From assembly GCA_002269645.1 (NCBI GenBank), contig NIVC01001195.1, forward strand, positions 275,604 to 339,603: a DNA stretch of 64,000 nucleotides. Reading direction: 5' to 3'. Shown one piece after another: positions 38,463-49,700 of this stretch. Numbering within the stretch: the first letter of the stretch is position 1; each line of letters starts with the position of its first letter. Origin of the DNA: Macrostomum lignano (Eukaryota). The position numbers were made by a program, and so were the translations under genes. Below the pieces are notes generated by a model. That model was not told the DNA's origin, did not search any database, and worked only from the letters and a program-made list of their open reading frames with translations.

Positions 38463-41400
38463 TCAGTCGTCCTTGCTCCCGGCCATGAGCCGGCAGAACT
38501 CCTCGTAATTGACGGAGCCGTCGCCGTCCTGGTCAGCCTGCCTGATCATCTCCTCGACCTCCTCGTCCGTCATCTTCTCGCTGAGAACTTTCATCACGTG
38601 ACGCAGCTCATCGGTGCTCACCCAGCCCTGGCCCTCGCTGTCGAACACGCTGAACGCCTGCTTCAGCATCTCCTCGGAGTCGCGCCGGCGCATTTTCACC
38701 ACCATCACTTCCAGGAAGCGGGGAAAGTCGATGGTGTCCTCGCCGAAGTCGCTGCCGGTGCCGCCAATGAGGGACTGCGGGAAGGATGTGCGAAAACTAC
38801 TTTCTTATTGGGATTGATCAGTAGTATACTTAGAATAAAAATTGCGTGTCTCTTTTCCGCTTGTAGATGTAGCTCATATGCAGCTGGATGACAGGCGTGG
38901 CAGGTGAAACACACGGCGCTCCTGCTACAAGGAGACGCGGTGACGCCGTAAAACATCAAAGGCTGTGTGCTTAACAATGGCTGCCGAGAGGGATGACACA
39001 AGCAGTGTACTAACCGCGGACCTTCTGCTTAACCTCCCGATAAACCTTAAGGACAGTTTATTCTCATTGAGTTGCCACAAAAGTGCCTGGCCGGGACTGC
39101 CAGATCCGTACAGGAAAATTGTTCGAGAACGCAAGAACCTGCAGACAGCCCTCGAAGGCTCTGTCGCACCTGGTTCAGTCGGGGTCGTGCGCGCGGTGCT
39201 TCTGGAATTCGCTACCCCTGACTCGCTTAGTAAAAAATGAAAACTTTTTGCGCTTGATTGAATAAAAGCGAAATTGCAAAGATAGAGCCTCTTGGAAAAT
39301 GCACTACATAGACTGGAATGCTTGCGGAGCCACTGAGCGCGCTCGCAAGCAACGGTACTGTGACATTTTACTTAATCAAAATTACGCATAACCAGACCCA
39401 CCGGCATATGCCATCCGGCAGCAGTATCTGTAGAGTGAGGGCCGATTCGATTTGATTCTGGCTTGGCTATAAAGACGTTGACGATCTGTCATTTTTTAAG
39501 TTTTTTTTCGCGACAGATTCGTGAACAGAAAGGGCAGAGAAATCGGGCCAGAGGTTCAATGCCAGACCTGCAGCAAAGGCCATTGCGAGCTAAGCTGCTG
39601 CAGCTGCTCAGCCGCTCCACTGTGCACGGCATCTCGCATGCGGCCTCCGCGGCCAGCCGAGCTGAGCAGATCTTCTGGCTGTCGCTGGTGCTGCTCGGCC
39701 TGTGCTCATTTGTCGGCAACCTGGTATCCGTGGTGGCTCGCTACAACAGCTTCCCCGTGCTCACGGCGCACTACTCAAACGAGGACTCGTTCGTCTGGCC
39801 CGATATCACATTCTGCGACAACTCGCCCGTGAGCCTTCGCTCCAAGGAGGCGCGCAGCAACTTCAGCTACTGGATTCGGAAGCTGCAGAATGACAGCGCC
39901 GTGGTCACCGCCAGCCGGCTCATGGAGACGTTCTTTTTCGATAAAAACGACGAACAGGAGGGCGTCCTAGCGGTGCTCATCCGGTCCATCGCGCTCGCCA
40001 GCATCAATAGCTCCGTGTTCCAGGTGAACGACCCCAGACAAGTGCTGGTAGGTGTTGGCTACCGGCTGCCTAACAAGGGCATCCAGAGCGAGATCAACAT
40101 GGACTCCGGCTGGCAAGCGTTCAGCGAGGATGAAATTCTCAGCTCCTTCTTAAGCAACACGGTGTCCATGCGGTATCGCTGCTCGTGCTACACATTGAAG
40201 CTGAACAGCTTCATCAACTCCAAGCAGCTCGGCGCCATCGACGCTGTGCAGTTCTTCATCCGGGGCAACTTTCTCACCTACTGGCACTTCAACTCGTCCA
40301 ACTACCAGTTCGGCGGCCGGGTGTTCATCCACGCGCCGAACACGCTGCCCGAGTCCGGCAGGATGCTGGAGACGCCACCCGGAGTGGCCACCACGGTTGC
40401 GCTCGACCAGAAACGGCGTCTGTCCGATCCGGTCAAGAGCGACTGCCGCAAGGCGGAGAAAACCTCCGAGGTCTTCAACTACGACCTGCGGCATGCGCGC
40501 CGCTACAACCTGAGCTACTTCCACTGCCACCAGCTGTTGTCGCAGACAATTTTCTACAGATCCTGCGGCTGCTTCAATCCGAACCTGATTGTGCCCAAGC
40601 TGGACGACCGACCGCCAGTGCTGTGTCTGGACTGGAGCAAGTTCAAGGAGTCCGGGCTGCTGGACAACTTGATCTGCCTGAACCACACTGCTGCGACCTA
40701 CCGGCTTGAGTGAGTGGAGAGAGTGCTTGCCAGCAAGGTTTCCCTGGAGTGACGACTATGAATAGTTCCGCATCTCTAATTTAAGGTCAAACTGAAGTGC
40801 GAGAGAGTTTTTAAGAGTTTTTAGTCATTGGGGGTGGTGTCAAGACTGCTGCTTGAAACATTTTAAGATTGACAGAAGTTTCGAGACGAGTTCTTGAACT
40901 TTTTCAAAGCATCCCGAAGGTTAAATTCAGACGGCAGCTTTTCGGAGCTATCATTGCCGATGTCCTTGATGCGAATAGACAAGCCATCTGACTCAATTGC
41001 GTCAAGATCAGCTACCCAACCGTCGAACCACTGCAGGAAAAACTTTCGACCGCTGCTGCGTCGCGAGTGCGCCGACCTAAGGAGACCTCCCTGCCACTCG
41101 CTGTCCTGGCAACTCCAGAGCCACCGGGAGCAGTACAGGGAGATGTGGGCAGAGACTGCCAATCAGGCAAGGGAGGCCTTCCTAAGGAGTATCCTGAAAG
41201 AATTGTGAGTTTTGGTTCCTTAAAGCTGTCTTCAATTCCCAATGCTGCACCCATGCATGCCCGCGTCCCATCCCGCAGTCCTCCCCATCCACTGAGCACC
41301 TCGGAATCCGAGACCCTCGTCGACATTGTGCGCAAAGGCCGCCTGAGCATCAGCAACCTCTTTGTGATGGCGGCCAAAGACAAAGGCGATCTCGTTGTGG

Positions 41401-42720
41401 AGGAGGCCGAGTACCCGCTGTCGCAGTTCCTGTCCGACATCGGCGGCCTGATGGGACTGTACCTGGGCGTGTCCGTCATCGGCCTCTTCGAGTGCGCCGC
41501 CGCCCTGCTGCTGCTCGTCCGCTGCTGGCACGGCGCCATCCTGAAGGCCTGCCGTCCTACCGGCGGGGGCGACTGCGGCGGTCAGAAGGACTCTGCGAAG
41601 AGCTGCGCCTACCGGTGCCTGAGCCAGAAGCTGCTGCCCACACCGAATCAGACGCCTCGGAAGCGGCCAGCGCCGTCAGTGTCGGGTTGGCGAGCTCCTT
41701 GCGATGTCTTCGACACCCCAGAGACTCTCGTGTGAGGATGCGAAGAGCTGAAGCCTTTGGCCAGAGGACTACAGATCGAGTTGCAGGATCTCTGATTTTC
41801 ACTCCTATCGCCACTTCTATGGTGGTTTATCGCGCTTTGCTCATTCACACCCTTTGTATGCATCGTCACCTTTACAGCATCTCGGATATGGTAAAGCGTA
41901 GTATTATCATCGGGACTCATTTTTCTGAGTTAAAAAACGGAGGGCAAAACTATTTTTATTCATCCCAGTAAATGTATTGGTCTAATCACCTCAGTCACCG
42001 CCTGAGTCTATGGTCACCCCAGTCACTGCCTGAGTCTATGGTCACCCCAGTCACCGCCTGAGTCTATGGTCACCCCAGTCACTGCCTGAGTCTATGGTCA
42101 CCCCAGTCACTGCCTGAGTCTATGGTCACCCCAGTCACTGCCTGAGTCTATGGTCACCCCAGTCACCGCCTGAGTCTATGGTCACCCCAGTCACTGCCTG
42201 AGTCTAGGGTCACCCCAGTCACTGCCTGAGTCTATGGTCACCCCAGTCACTGCCTGAGTCTATGGTCACCCCAGTCACTGCCTGAGTCTATGGTCACCCC
42301 AGTCACCGCCTGGGTCTATGGTCACCCCAGTCACTGCCTGAGTCTAACGGTCACCCCAGTCACTGCCTGAGTCTAACGGTCACCCCAGTCACTGCCTGAG
42401 TCTATGGTCACCCCAGTCACTGCCTGAGTCTAACGGTCACCCCAGTCACTGCCTGAGTCTATGGTCACCCCAGTCACTGCCTGATTCTATGGTCACCCGT
42501 CACAGCCTGAGTCTGGGGTCACCAAAGTCAGTCTATAGTCAAAAACCATAAAAACTCATCCCAGCCCTCTCACCGCAATCTCCTCTTTAGTGGGATTCTG
42601 TCCCAGCGAGCCGATCATAGTGAGCAGATCATCCACCATTATGTAGCCCTTGTCCTCCTTGTCGAATATACTGAATGCCTCCATAAACTCGGCTATTTGC
42701 TCTTCCGTTAGCTCCTCCAT
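38463..42720 (-). CDS. Calmodulin-like EF-hand protein, 2 exons, 152 aa
   Basis: Exon 1 42720-42574 ([25 protein letters not shown]...[12 protein letters not shown]; not in the ORF track). Exon 2 38774-38463 (...TIDFPRFL...AFSVFD...[26 protein letters not shown]). Phase-0 GT-AG intron of 3.8 kb. Confidence 0.88.
39559..41735 (+). CDS. DEG/ENaC (amiloride-sensitive sodium channel family) subunit, 3 exons, about 601 aa, nested in the calmodulin-like intron
   Basis: Exons 39559-40709, 41007-41204 (acceptor probable), 41279-41735. STVHG motif, TM1, WPDITFC, Cys-rich ectodomain, and TM2 [21 protein letters not shown] with a GxS filter. Confidence 0.9.
41990..42520. repeat. 28-bp minisatellite (CAGTCACTGCCTGAGTCTATGGTCACCC) in the calmodulin-like intron
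   Basis: Tandem array seen directly. Confidence 0.93.
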
Positions 42721-44000
42721 TTGCGGCAATGGGGTATTAGGCCTGCTTGAGTTGTGATTGAGCAGTTCTTCACCTATTCACACGCAGAAGAACCAGGAAA
42801 ATGTCGGATTGCAGTTGTATAATATAAGCAGAAATTGATAGCCGCTCCACTGAGACTGGCTGCTGTGTGTTTGTGCCGCTCACAGGGAGTCAGGCGCACA
42901 ATGGCAGAGACCATGCAGCCTGGCTGTGCAAACAGTTGCCAGCCTCTGTCTTCATTCACTCCTGCACTCTCGCCTCTCTCTCTGCCCCATCTTCTGCTTG
43001 TACTTGAGCTGTCTGATGCTTGCTTTTGGGCAGAGCCGCTTCGGATAAAAACTGCTCAACTCACAGCTCATGACTCGTTGCTTCTGCCCGATAAAAATTC
43101 TCAACGATGCTCTGTGCTACGAATTGCTTAAGTCTTCTCGTGTTGACTAAGTCTACGCATTCATAATTATAAATGCTAATGGGCCACTTTGCTCACTTGG
43201 CTCTGTACCTTCCAGGCCTTCTGATTGCAAATGAAGCAAGCATTTGGTCCGAGCTGCAATCACAAGTTTATTAATTTTTTTATTAACTGCTACTGGCCCC
43301 GACTGCTACCGGAATTGTCTATGTCAAATCCCCATTAAGCGCTATGTAAAGAATAAATCCAAGCAAATATAAGGGTGGGAAAGTACGTTTCTTGGAAATT
43401 TTCAGGAGTTTAACATGTTTTACGTGTTCCGGCATTATAGAAATAGATATAGAAATAGATCATGATTGAAGCTGTTAATCTGAACATTTACAGCTTGTGG
43501 TTCGTAATATGAACTTCTCATGCTTATTGTTCAGATGGTACTGTTCTTTTCCTGAGTTCCATCTTATTTTATTCGTTTGCATTCGTTTTACTGCATTGGT
43601 TTACGATAATAAGAGTGAAATCCGATGTTCAAAAGGATGAAAATGGACCAAGTTAATGCAGTCTTTGCTCACCAGTCAAACTTCAGGCCATGGACTAGGG
43701 GCAGCAGTTGTCTGTGTGTAGAGTTCTGCCACTCTGGATTTAGTCAACCGCTACTAAGCTCAAACTGACTGTAAAAAGCTGTATTAATAATATTGTAACG
43801 AAAACAATAAACTTGTCAACGCATATATAGTAGTTGCGATAATAATTAAACTACTCGTAATATTAAATTTAAATTGGTGCCAAAATTCAAAACGTATAAT
43901 TCCCCAACATAATTCCAAAGAAACCGATAGCAAAAAGTGACTTGTGGTTTATAAATTGATTTTAAATATTTAATTAGGCAAAACTGGCATTCTCTTCTCA

Positions 44001-44972
44001 TCAGGTCGCGGTGGCGTTGCAGACCGTGTCAAACAGGTCGGCCACGGCGCCCATCAGGCTGTCCTCAGATGACCCCGACACCTGGTAGTTGGGCGACGAA
44101 GACAGCAGCTGGGAGACCCGGGCCCACTTTGGCGGCACGGGCAGGTTGCTCGACCACTGCATGATGCTGAACCGCTCCGCGAACTGGCTGCTGGACTCGC
44201 GCACGAGCTTCTCCGCCTCGGCCAGGGTGGCATCGGTGAGGACGGCATTGTCGTCGAAGTAGGAGAAAAGCAGGCTGGGCCGCGCGTCCAGGCTGAACTG
44301 GTGCAGGAACAGCTTGGCGTAGCGGTAGCAGGCCTTCAGCGCGTCGTCCAGCTGGAACTGCGACCAGTGCTCCACGACCGCGGCGTTCTCGTCCCTCTCC
44401 ATGCCTGCCTGCACCTGCGCCAGGGCCAGCACCAGTTCAGCCTCGGAGGTCAGCGGGTCCGTCCCGAAGGTGGCAAGAATTTCGGTGAAGGCGTTGAAGA
44501 ACACGATGGCCACGTTGGTGCTGCCCTGACGGTAGGTGTACCTGAGGAGCTGGTGGACGAAGCTCAGCTTCTGGCGCCAGTTGCGGTTGAGGTGCACCAA
44601 GATGAAGATGTTGGCCTTCTGCTCCGGGATGCAGCGGAACTTGGCGGCCAGCTTAAGATAGCGCTTCTCAGCTTCCGTGAGATTGGTGGGCGGGACGACC
44701 TCGTTCTCAATGGTGATGGAAACTACTGAAGACTTGTTCTTTGTCACATCGATCACCAGCACCTCCGCTTTGCGGGAGCTCAACACCACGGGCGGCTGCG
44801 CGACTGGCTGTGGCGGCTCGGGCGTCGGCGTCGCTGACGCCAGCGTTGAGTCTACGGTGGACTCAGATTGCTCAGGCGGTGCCGGGGTTGGAGATGCGAC
44901 AGCAGCGCCAACTCTGAGCAGGAGCAGAAGCAGCCATGCTACACTCATAGTTGCAAGTCGGATAGTTGTCAT
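44001..44972 (-). CDS. Secreted protein with signal peptide, Pro/Thr/Ser linker and a divergent vWA-like domain, 323 aa, single exon
   Basis: Signal-like VAWLLLLLLRVGAAVA. vWA-like pattern C...ANIFILV...KLSFVHQLL...TNVAIVFF...ALK...SLLFSYFDD, with a C-terminal Cys. Confidence 0.72.
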   Translation of the reverse strand: MTTIRLATMSVAWLLLLLLRVGAAVASPTPAPPEQSESTVDSTLASATPTPEPPQPVAQPPVVLSSRKAEVLVIDVTKNKSSVVSITIENEVVPPTNLTEAEKRYLKLAAKFRCIPEQKANIFILVHLNRNWRQKLSFVHQLLRYTYRQGSTNVAIVFFNAFTEILATFGTDPLTSEAELVLALAQVQAGMERDENAAVVEHWSQFQLDDALKACYRYAKLFLHQFSLDARPSLLFSYFDDNAVLTDATLAEAEKLVRESSSQFAERFSIMQWSSNLPVPPKWARVSQLLSSSPNYQVSGSSEDSLMGAVADLFDTVCNATAT

Positions 44973-45149
44973 GAATGCTTGTGAAGTCTGTCAGTACTGT
45001 GCGCTTATGGAGAAGATTTCCAGAGAGCTAGTAGTGACGCCTAATTAACATTGAAGTGATTATTAAGGTATAAGAATACAGCAGACTCCAATCACGTGCT
45101 GATTTTCACCCACCCCGCACTTGCAGAACCTCTGTCTGACCCTGCTCGC

Positions 45150-45220
45150 GCGCTGATTGGCTGGGCGGCACTTTGGTTAGCAGAGATAATTGAACTGGGC
45201 GGGGCGCAGATGACTCAGTC
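45150..45220 (-). promoter_or_regulatory. Candidate proximal promoter of the vWA gene (CCAAT box, GC box, TGACTCA)
   Basis: ATTGG at 45156-45160, GGGCGGGG at 45197-45204 and TGACTCA at 45211-45217, about 200 bp upstream of the ATG. Motif clustering only. Confidence 0.3.
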
Positions 45221-46207
45221 AGTCAGGGGGGGGGCAGGCTATCTGGATTTTTATTGATTTTTAACTGGCTAGCACATGAAGAGCGTTTTTGTACCTGCCG
45301 CGTACACAGAGAAATAATTACCAAATTTCAATAATTGTTAAAGCGAAGCTCAGCAAAGTTGTGAAATTTCATCACGAACTACGCTCGTATATAAGAATTT
45401 CCAAACTGCATAATAAGTGCTTCAGAAGTGCGGTATATTTGTTTAGTTTTGTTTGAAAGTAGATATTCTTACACACAAAAGCAGACAATACCTAAATAAA
45501 AAATCAAAGATATCGCATCACAGGATTAAAAAGTGGCAGCACAAAAAAACTGTTCTCTGGCGCATAAATACTTAATAAAAGACATCTAAAAGTAGAAGTT
45601 TAAATAGAGAGATTAGGCAAAGACACTTCACTGTTCTGAGGCAAACTAAATCTATCAGTGAATCTGTTGCGCTGTGCCCAATACATGTAGATGTAAGCCA
45701 TCAATTAAAAAATCACTATTCAAGCAAGCACATGACAAAGACAATTGACAAAGACTACACTTGTGTAGACAGAAAGCTTGGAATAAAATTGAACAAAAAC
45801 GAATTAGAAAAATAATTTAGTAAGGCGTAGCGAGCACCAAGCCTACACGAGGCGCTTTCATAAACCCGAATTTTCACAATGCCGAAACTTTACAACCTCG
45901 AAATTTCAAAATGTCCACATGTAATTGCACTGGAGAGATAGGAGACTATTTGGGTTCGTGAAGCCACCTTCGACTCGTATCTCTCCGGAGTATTTCGCCA
46001 TTGTGAAATTTTGCTTTATAAAACGACCTCGCCTACATGCTGTAAAATTCTTCTAATCCCCATTTAACCTTTTCTGTTCCCTTATTAGCGCTGCCCAACT
46101 CTCAGTTTACGCCATTCAACATTGAGATAGATAGGCTAAAAAAGAGATACATTTTAACACGACCCCCCTACCGCCAAATTCCCTGGAATTCAGTAAACAG
46201 GCCCGGA

Positions 46208-46545
46208 GGGCATGTACATTTGTACATACACGCTCAAAAGTCTACCCCTAGAAAGTCTTCGCTTGGCTGCTTTATCAGCGCATCCAACCTCACGCCCTGT
46301 GTGTGTCCGCAGGGCGTGTACATTTGTACATACATGCTCAAAAGTCTACCCCTAGAAAGTCTTCGCTTGGCTGCTTTATCAGCGCATCCAACCTCACGCC
46401 CTGTGTGTGTCCGCAGGGCGTGTACATTTGTACATACATGCTCAAAAGTCTACCCCTAGAAAGTCTTCGCTTGGCTGCTTTATCAGCGCATCCAACCTCA
46501 CGCCCTGTGTGTGTCCGCAGGGCGTGTACATTTGTACATACATGC
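46208..46545. repeat. 104-bp tandem repeat, about 3.2 copies
   Basis: CATTTGTAC recurs at 46217, 46321, 46425 and 46529. Confidence 0.92.
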
Positions 46546-46793
46546 TACACAAATACTCGTTCACACCACCATCAAATGAGGCCAATTTTCAAGTGATCAC
46601 AGAAAAATTAAGAAATTCTGTGTAGTCAAACGAGTCGTGTGATTTGGTCTTTCATTTGATTGCAGTGTGAATGAGCCTTACCCGTTCGTTTGACTCTGAC
46701 TCTGGCACAGCCACTTCGCTCACCCTTGCCTGGCCACGGCCAGTGGCCATCCAGTTGACCTGATTTCTTCTAAATCAAAATAACAACCCAAAC

Positions 46794-49700
46794 CTACTGC
46801 TGATTCTGAAAGCTCATCTGCAGAGAGCAGTGCGGATAGTCAGCCTTGAGGCATTCGACACTGGCACGCTTAATCTGGCCGCAGAAGCTGACATCGAACA
46901 TCTCCAGTTTCGGGCAGCTGCGCAGCACGAACTGTACAGCTTCCAGTGACACCTGGTTGGAGCCCAGGATGTCCAGCTGGCGCAGGTCGCGGCAGTGCTT
47001 GGCGATCTGCTCCACGTCAACGTCTCGAATTGTCCTGAGGGCGAATTGCAAGTTGCAATGCGAGTAGCTCGAAACTATTACTAAGGGATCTAAATTGATT
47101 TGAGTCGATCACGTGCTTTGCCCGAGGGATTTTAATTTTATTGGAATAACAAAACAGCTGAAAATTTTCAAATCCCAACATTTAGTTGCATCCCATGAAG
47201 GCAGTTAAAATTCCGTTGGTATAGCACAGGGATCGGCAAACGTTTTACCTCCAGAGCAAAATAGAGGACCCAGCGCATGACTGCAGGCCAGAGGAGGGGA
47301 GAGAGGAGAGGAATAGAAAAGAGAAATATAAGAAAAAAGAGGCGAGAGAATAAGTGACGAGAGATGGCGAGAGGAGAGAAGAGATTAACTAGGAGAGGAA
47401 AGAGGAGAATGAGAAGAGAAGGAGAGGAGAGGAGAGGAGAGAGGAGAGGAGAGGAGAGAAGAGGAGATGAGAGGAGTGGAAAGGAGAGGAGAGAAGAGAG
47501 AGGAGAGGAGAGAAGAGAGTGGAGGAGAGAAGAGAAGAGAAGAGAGGAGAGGAGAGAAGAGAGAGGAGAGGAGAGGAGAGGAGAGAGGAGAGGAGAGAAG
47601 ATAAGAGAAGAGAAGAGAGGAGAGGAGAGGAGAGGAGAGAGGAGAGGAGAGAAGATAAGAGAAGAGAAGAGAGGAGAGGAGAGGAGAGGAGAGGAGGAGA
47701 GGAGAGAAGATAAGAGAAGAGAGGAGAGGAGAGGAGAGAAAAGAAGAGATGAGAGAAAAGAAGAGATGAGAGGAGAGAGGAGAGGACAGGAGAGAGGAGA
47801 GGAGAGAGGAATGAAGGAGAGGAGAGAAGAAAAGAGAAAGGTGAGAGAAGAGAGGAGAGGGGAGATGAGAGGAGAGAGGAGAGGACAGGAGAGAGGAGAG
47901 AAGAGAGAGGAGAGGAGAGGAGAGACGAGAGGAGAGAAGATAAGAGAAGAGAAGAGAGGATAGGAGAGGAGGAGAGGAGAGGAGAGAAGATAAGAGAAGA
48001 GAGGAGAGGAGAGGAGAGGAGAGGAGAGGAGAGAGGAGAGGAGAGAAAAGAAGAGATGAGAGAAGAGATGAGAGGACAGGAGAGAGGAGAGAGGAATGAA
48101 GGAGAGGAGAGAAGAGAAAGGTGAGAGAAGAGAGCTAAGAAGAGACACAAACATTGAGCGGGCCGCATTGCTATTGTGAAGATTCAAAGCACCCGAGGGC
48201 CGGATAGAGAGGCTTTGCGGGCCGCATGTGGCCGGCGGGCCGGAGTGTGCCGACCTCTGGCATAGAAACACAAACCTAAAACCGAACCCTAATCCTACTG
48301 TAAGACCGTGGGTTGAATTGCAGTGACGAACACAACACGTGAGGAGACCTCACTGGCTCACGCCAATATATTTAATATACCAAAGTTGGGGTGGGTGTAA
48401 CCACCCCAAGCACGCACACGCTGCAGCTCTAAACGCCATCCCCCAAAACAGCCAGACGTGCACATCTAAGTGCACGCGCACCAACAAGCCAGCCTACACT
48501 ACTTTCCCCCTAGAAACAAAAGACAGTTCCAGAGTCAAGCAAAGCCCGCCATGTACAAGTCAGGTGGCCGCCGCTCTCTCGCCGACCGCCGCGGAACCGT
48601 TACCGGCTCAGCCGGTGCCGCCGGCTGCTCCTCGGGTGCCTCGTCTGCCTGCAGCTCGGGCCAGAAGGTCACCGTGTCGCCGTCAGGATCGGCCGCCTGC
48701 CCGGGCGGCTCAGCGGCGGTGCCGTCGTTGTCGGAGTCCGCGGCCGGCGGCTGGTGGTCTGCCGCGGCCGGAAGCTCCAGTGACGCCCGTCGCTGCACGA
48801 AGCGCTTGAGGCGGTCGTGGTGCACCACCAGCCGGCGCCTGCGGCCGGTCTCGTCCTGGATGCGGTAATTGACCTCGCCCAGGCGCCTCAGGACTCGGTA
48901 CGGCCCCTTCCACTTGGCGCTCAGGCACCGCGTCTGGCCGCGCTTGACGACGGAGTTGCGCAGCATCACGAGCTGGCCCTCTTCGAACGGCACGAACCGA
49001 GAGTCCTGGTTGGCCAGCCGGTTGCGCTCGACCTGGGCGCTCCGCAGTCGGCCGTGCACCGTGTCGAAAGCGCTCTGCAGGTTCTCCTGAGTCCGCTGCA
49101 GAAAGCCGTGATGTCCACCGTCGGCTGCCGGCCGGTCGCCGCTTATCAGCCAGCTGTCGAGATCCAGCCTCGGTGGCCAGCCGTGGAGGACCTGGTACGG
49201 ACTGAGGCCGGTGGTGCTGTGCACGGAGGTGTTGTAGGCCCAGGTCACATACGGCAGCTTGCTGTCCCAATCCTGCTGGTTCTCGGCCACCGTCGTCGCC
49301 AGCATATCGCCGAGCGTCCGGTTGCCTCGCTCGACGATTCCGTTGCCACTCGGATGAAACGGCGACGTGCGCGTCTTTTCAACGCCCAGCTGCTCGCAGA
49401 GCCGGCCGAACACCTCGCTCTCGAATTGCCGTCCCTGGTCACTGTGCAGCACCTGAGGAGCGCCGTGACGCAGAACCACCGACTTGAGCAGTGCATCCGC
49501 CACCGTCACCGCGTCGATCGCCGCCAGGGCTGCCGTCTCCATCCACTTGGAAAAGGCGTCGCACATGCTCAGGATGTACGCCTTGCCATCAGTCGTACGC
49601 GGAAGCGGCCCTTTGATGTCGATCTGCACCAGCTGCCACGGAGCCGTCGGCTGGCACGTCGACTGTAGCGGCGCCTTCTGCGGCTTGGTTGGACACTTCT

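Noticed and set aside
48499-48503. Extending the Gypsy LTRs by the shared CTACT
   Set aside because: The TG..CA ends, PPT position and CTAC TSD at 48295-48298 and 53257-53260 favour 200-bp LTRs; the extra match looks coincidental.
48499-48534. Possible env or extra ORF in the Gypsy element
   Set aside because: Only 36 bp separate the pol stop from the 3' LTR.
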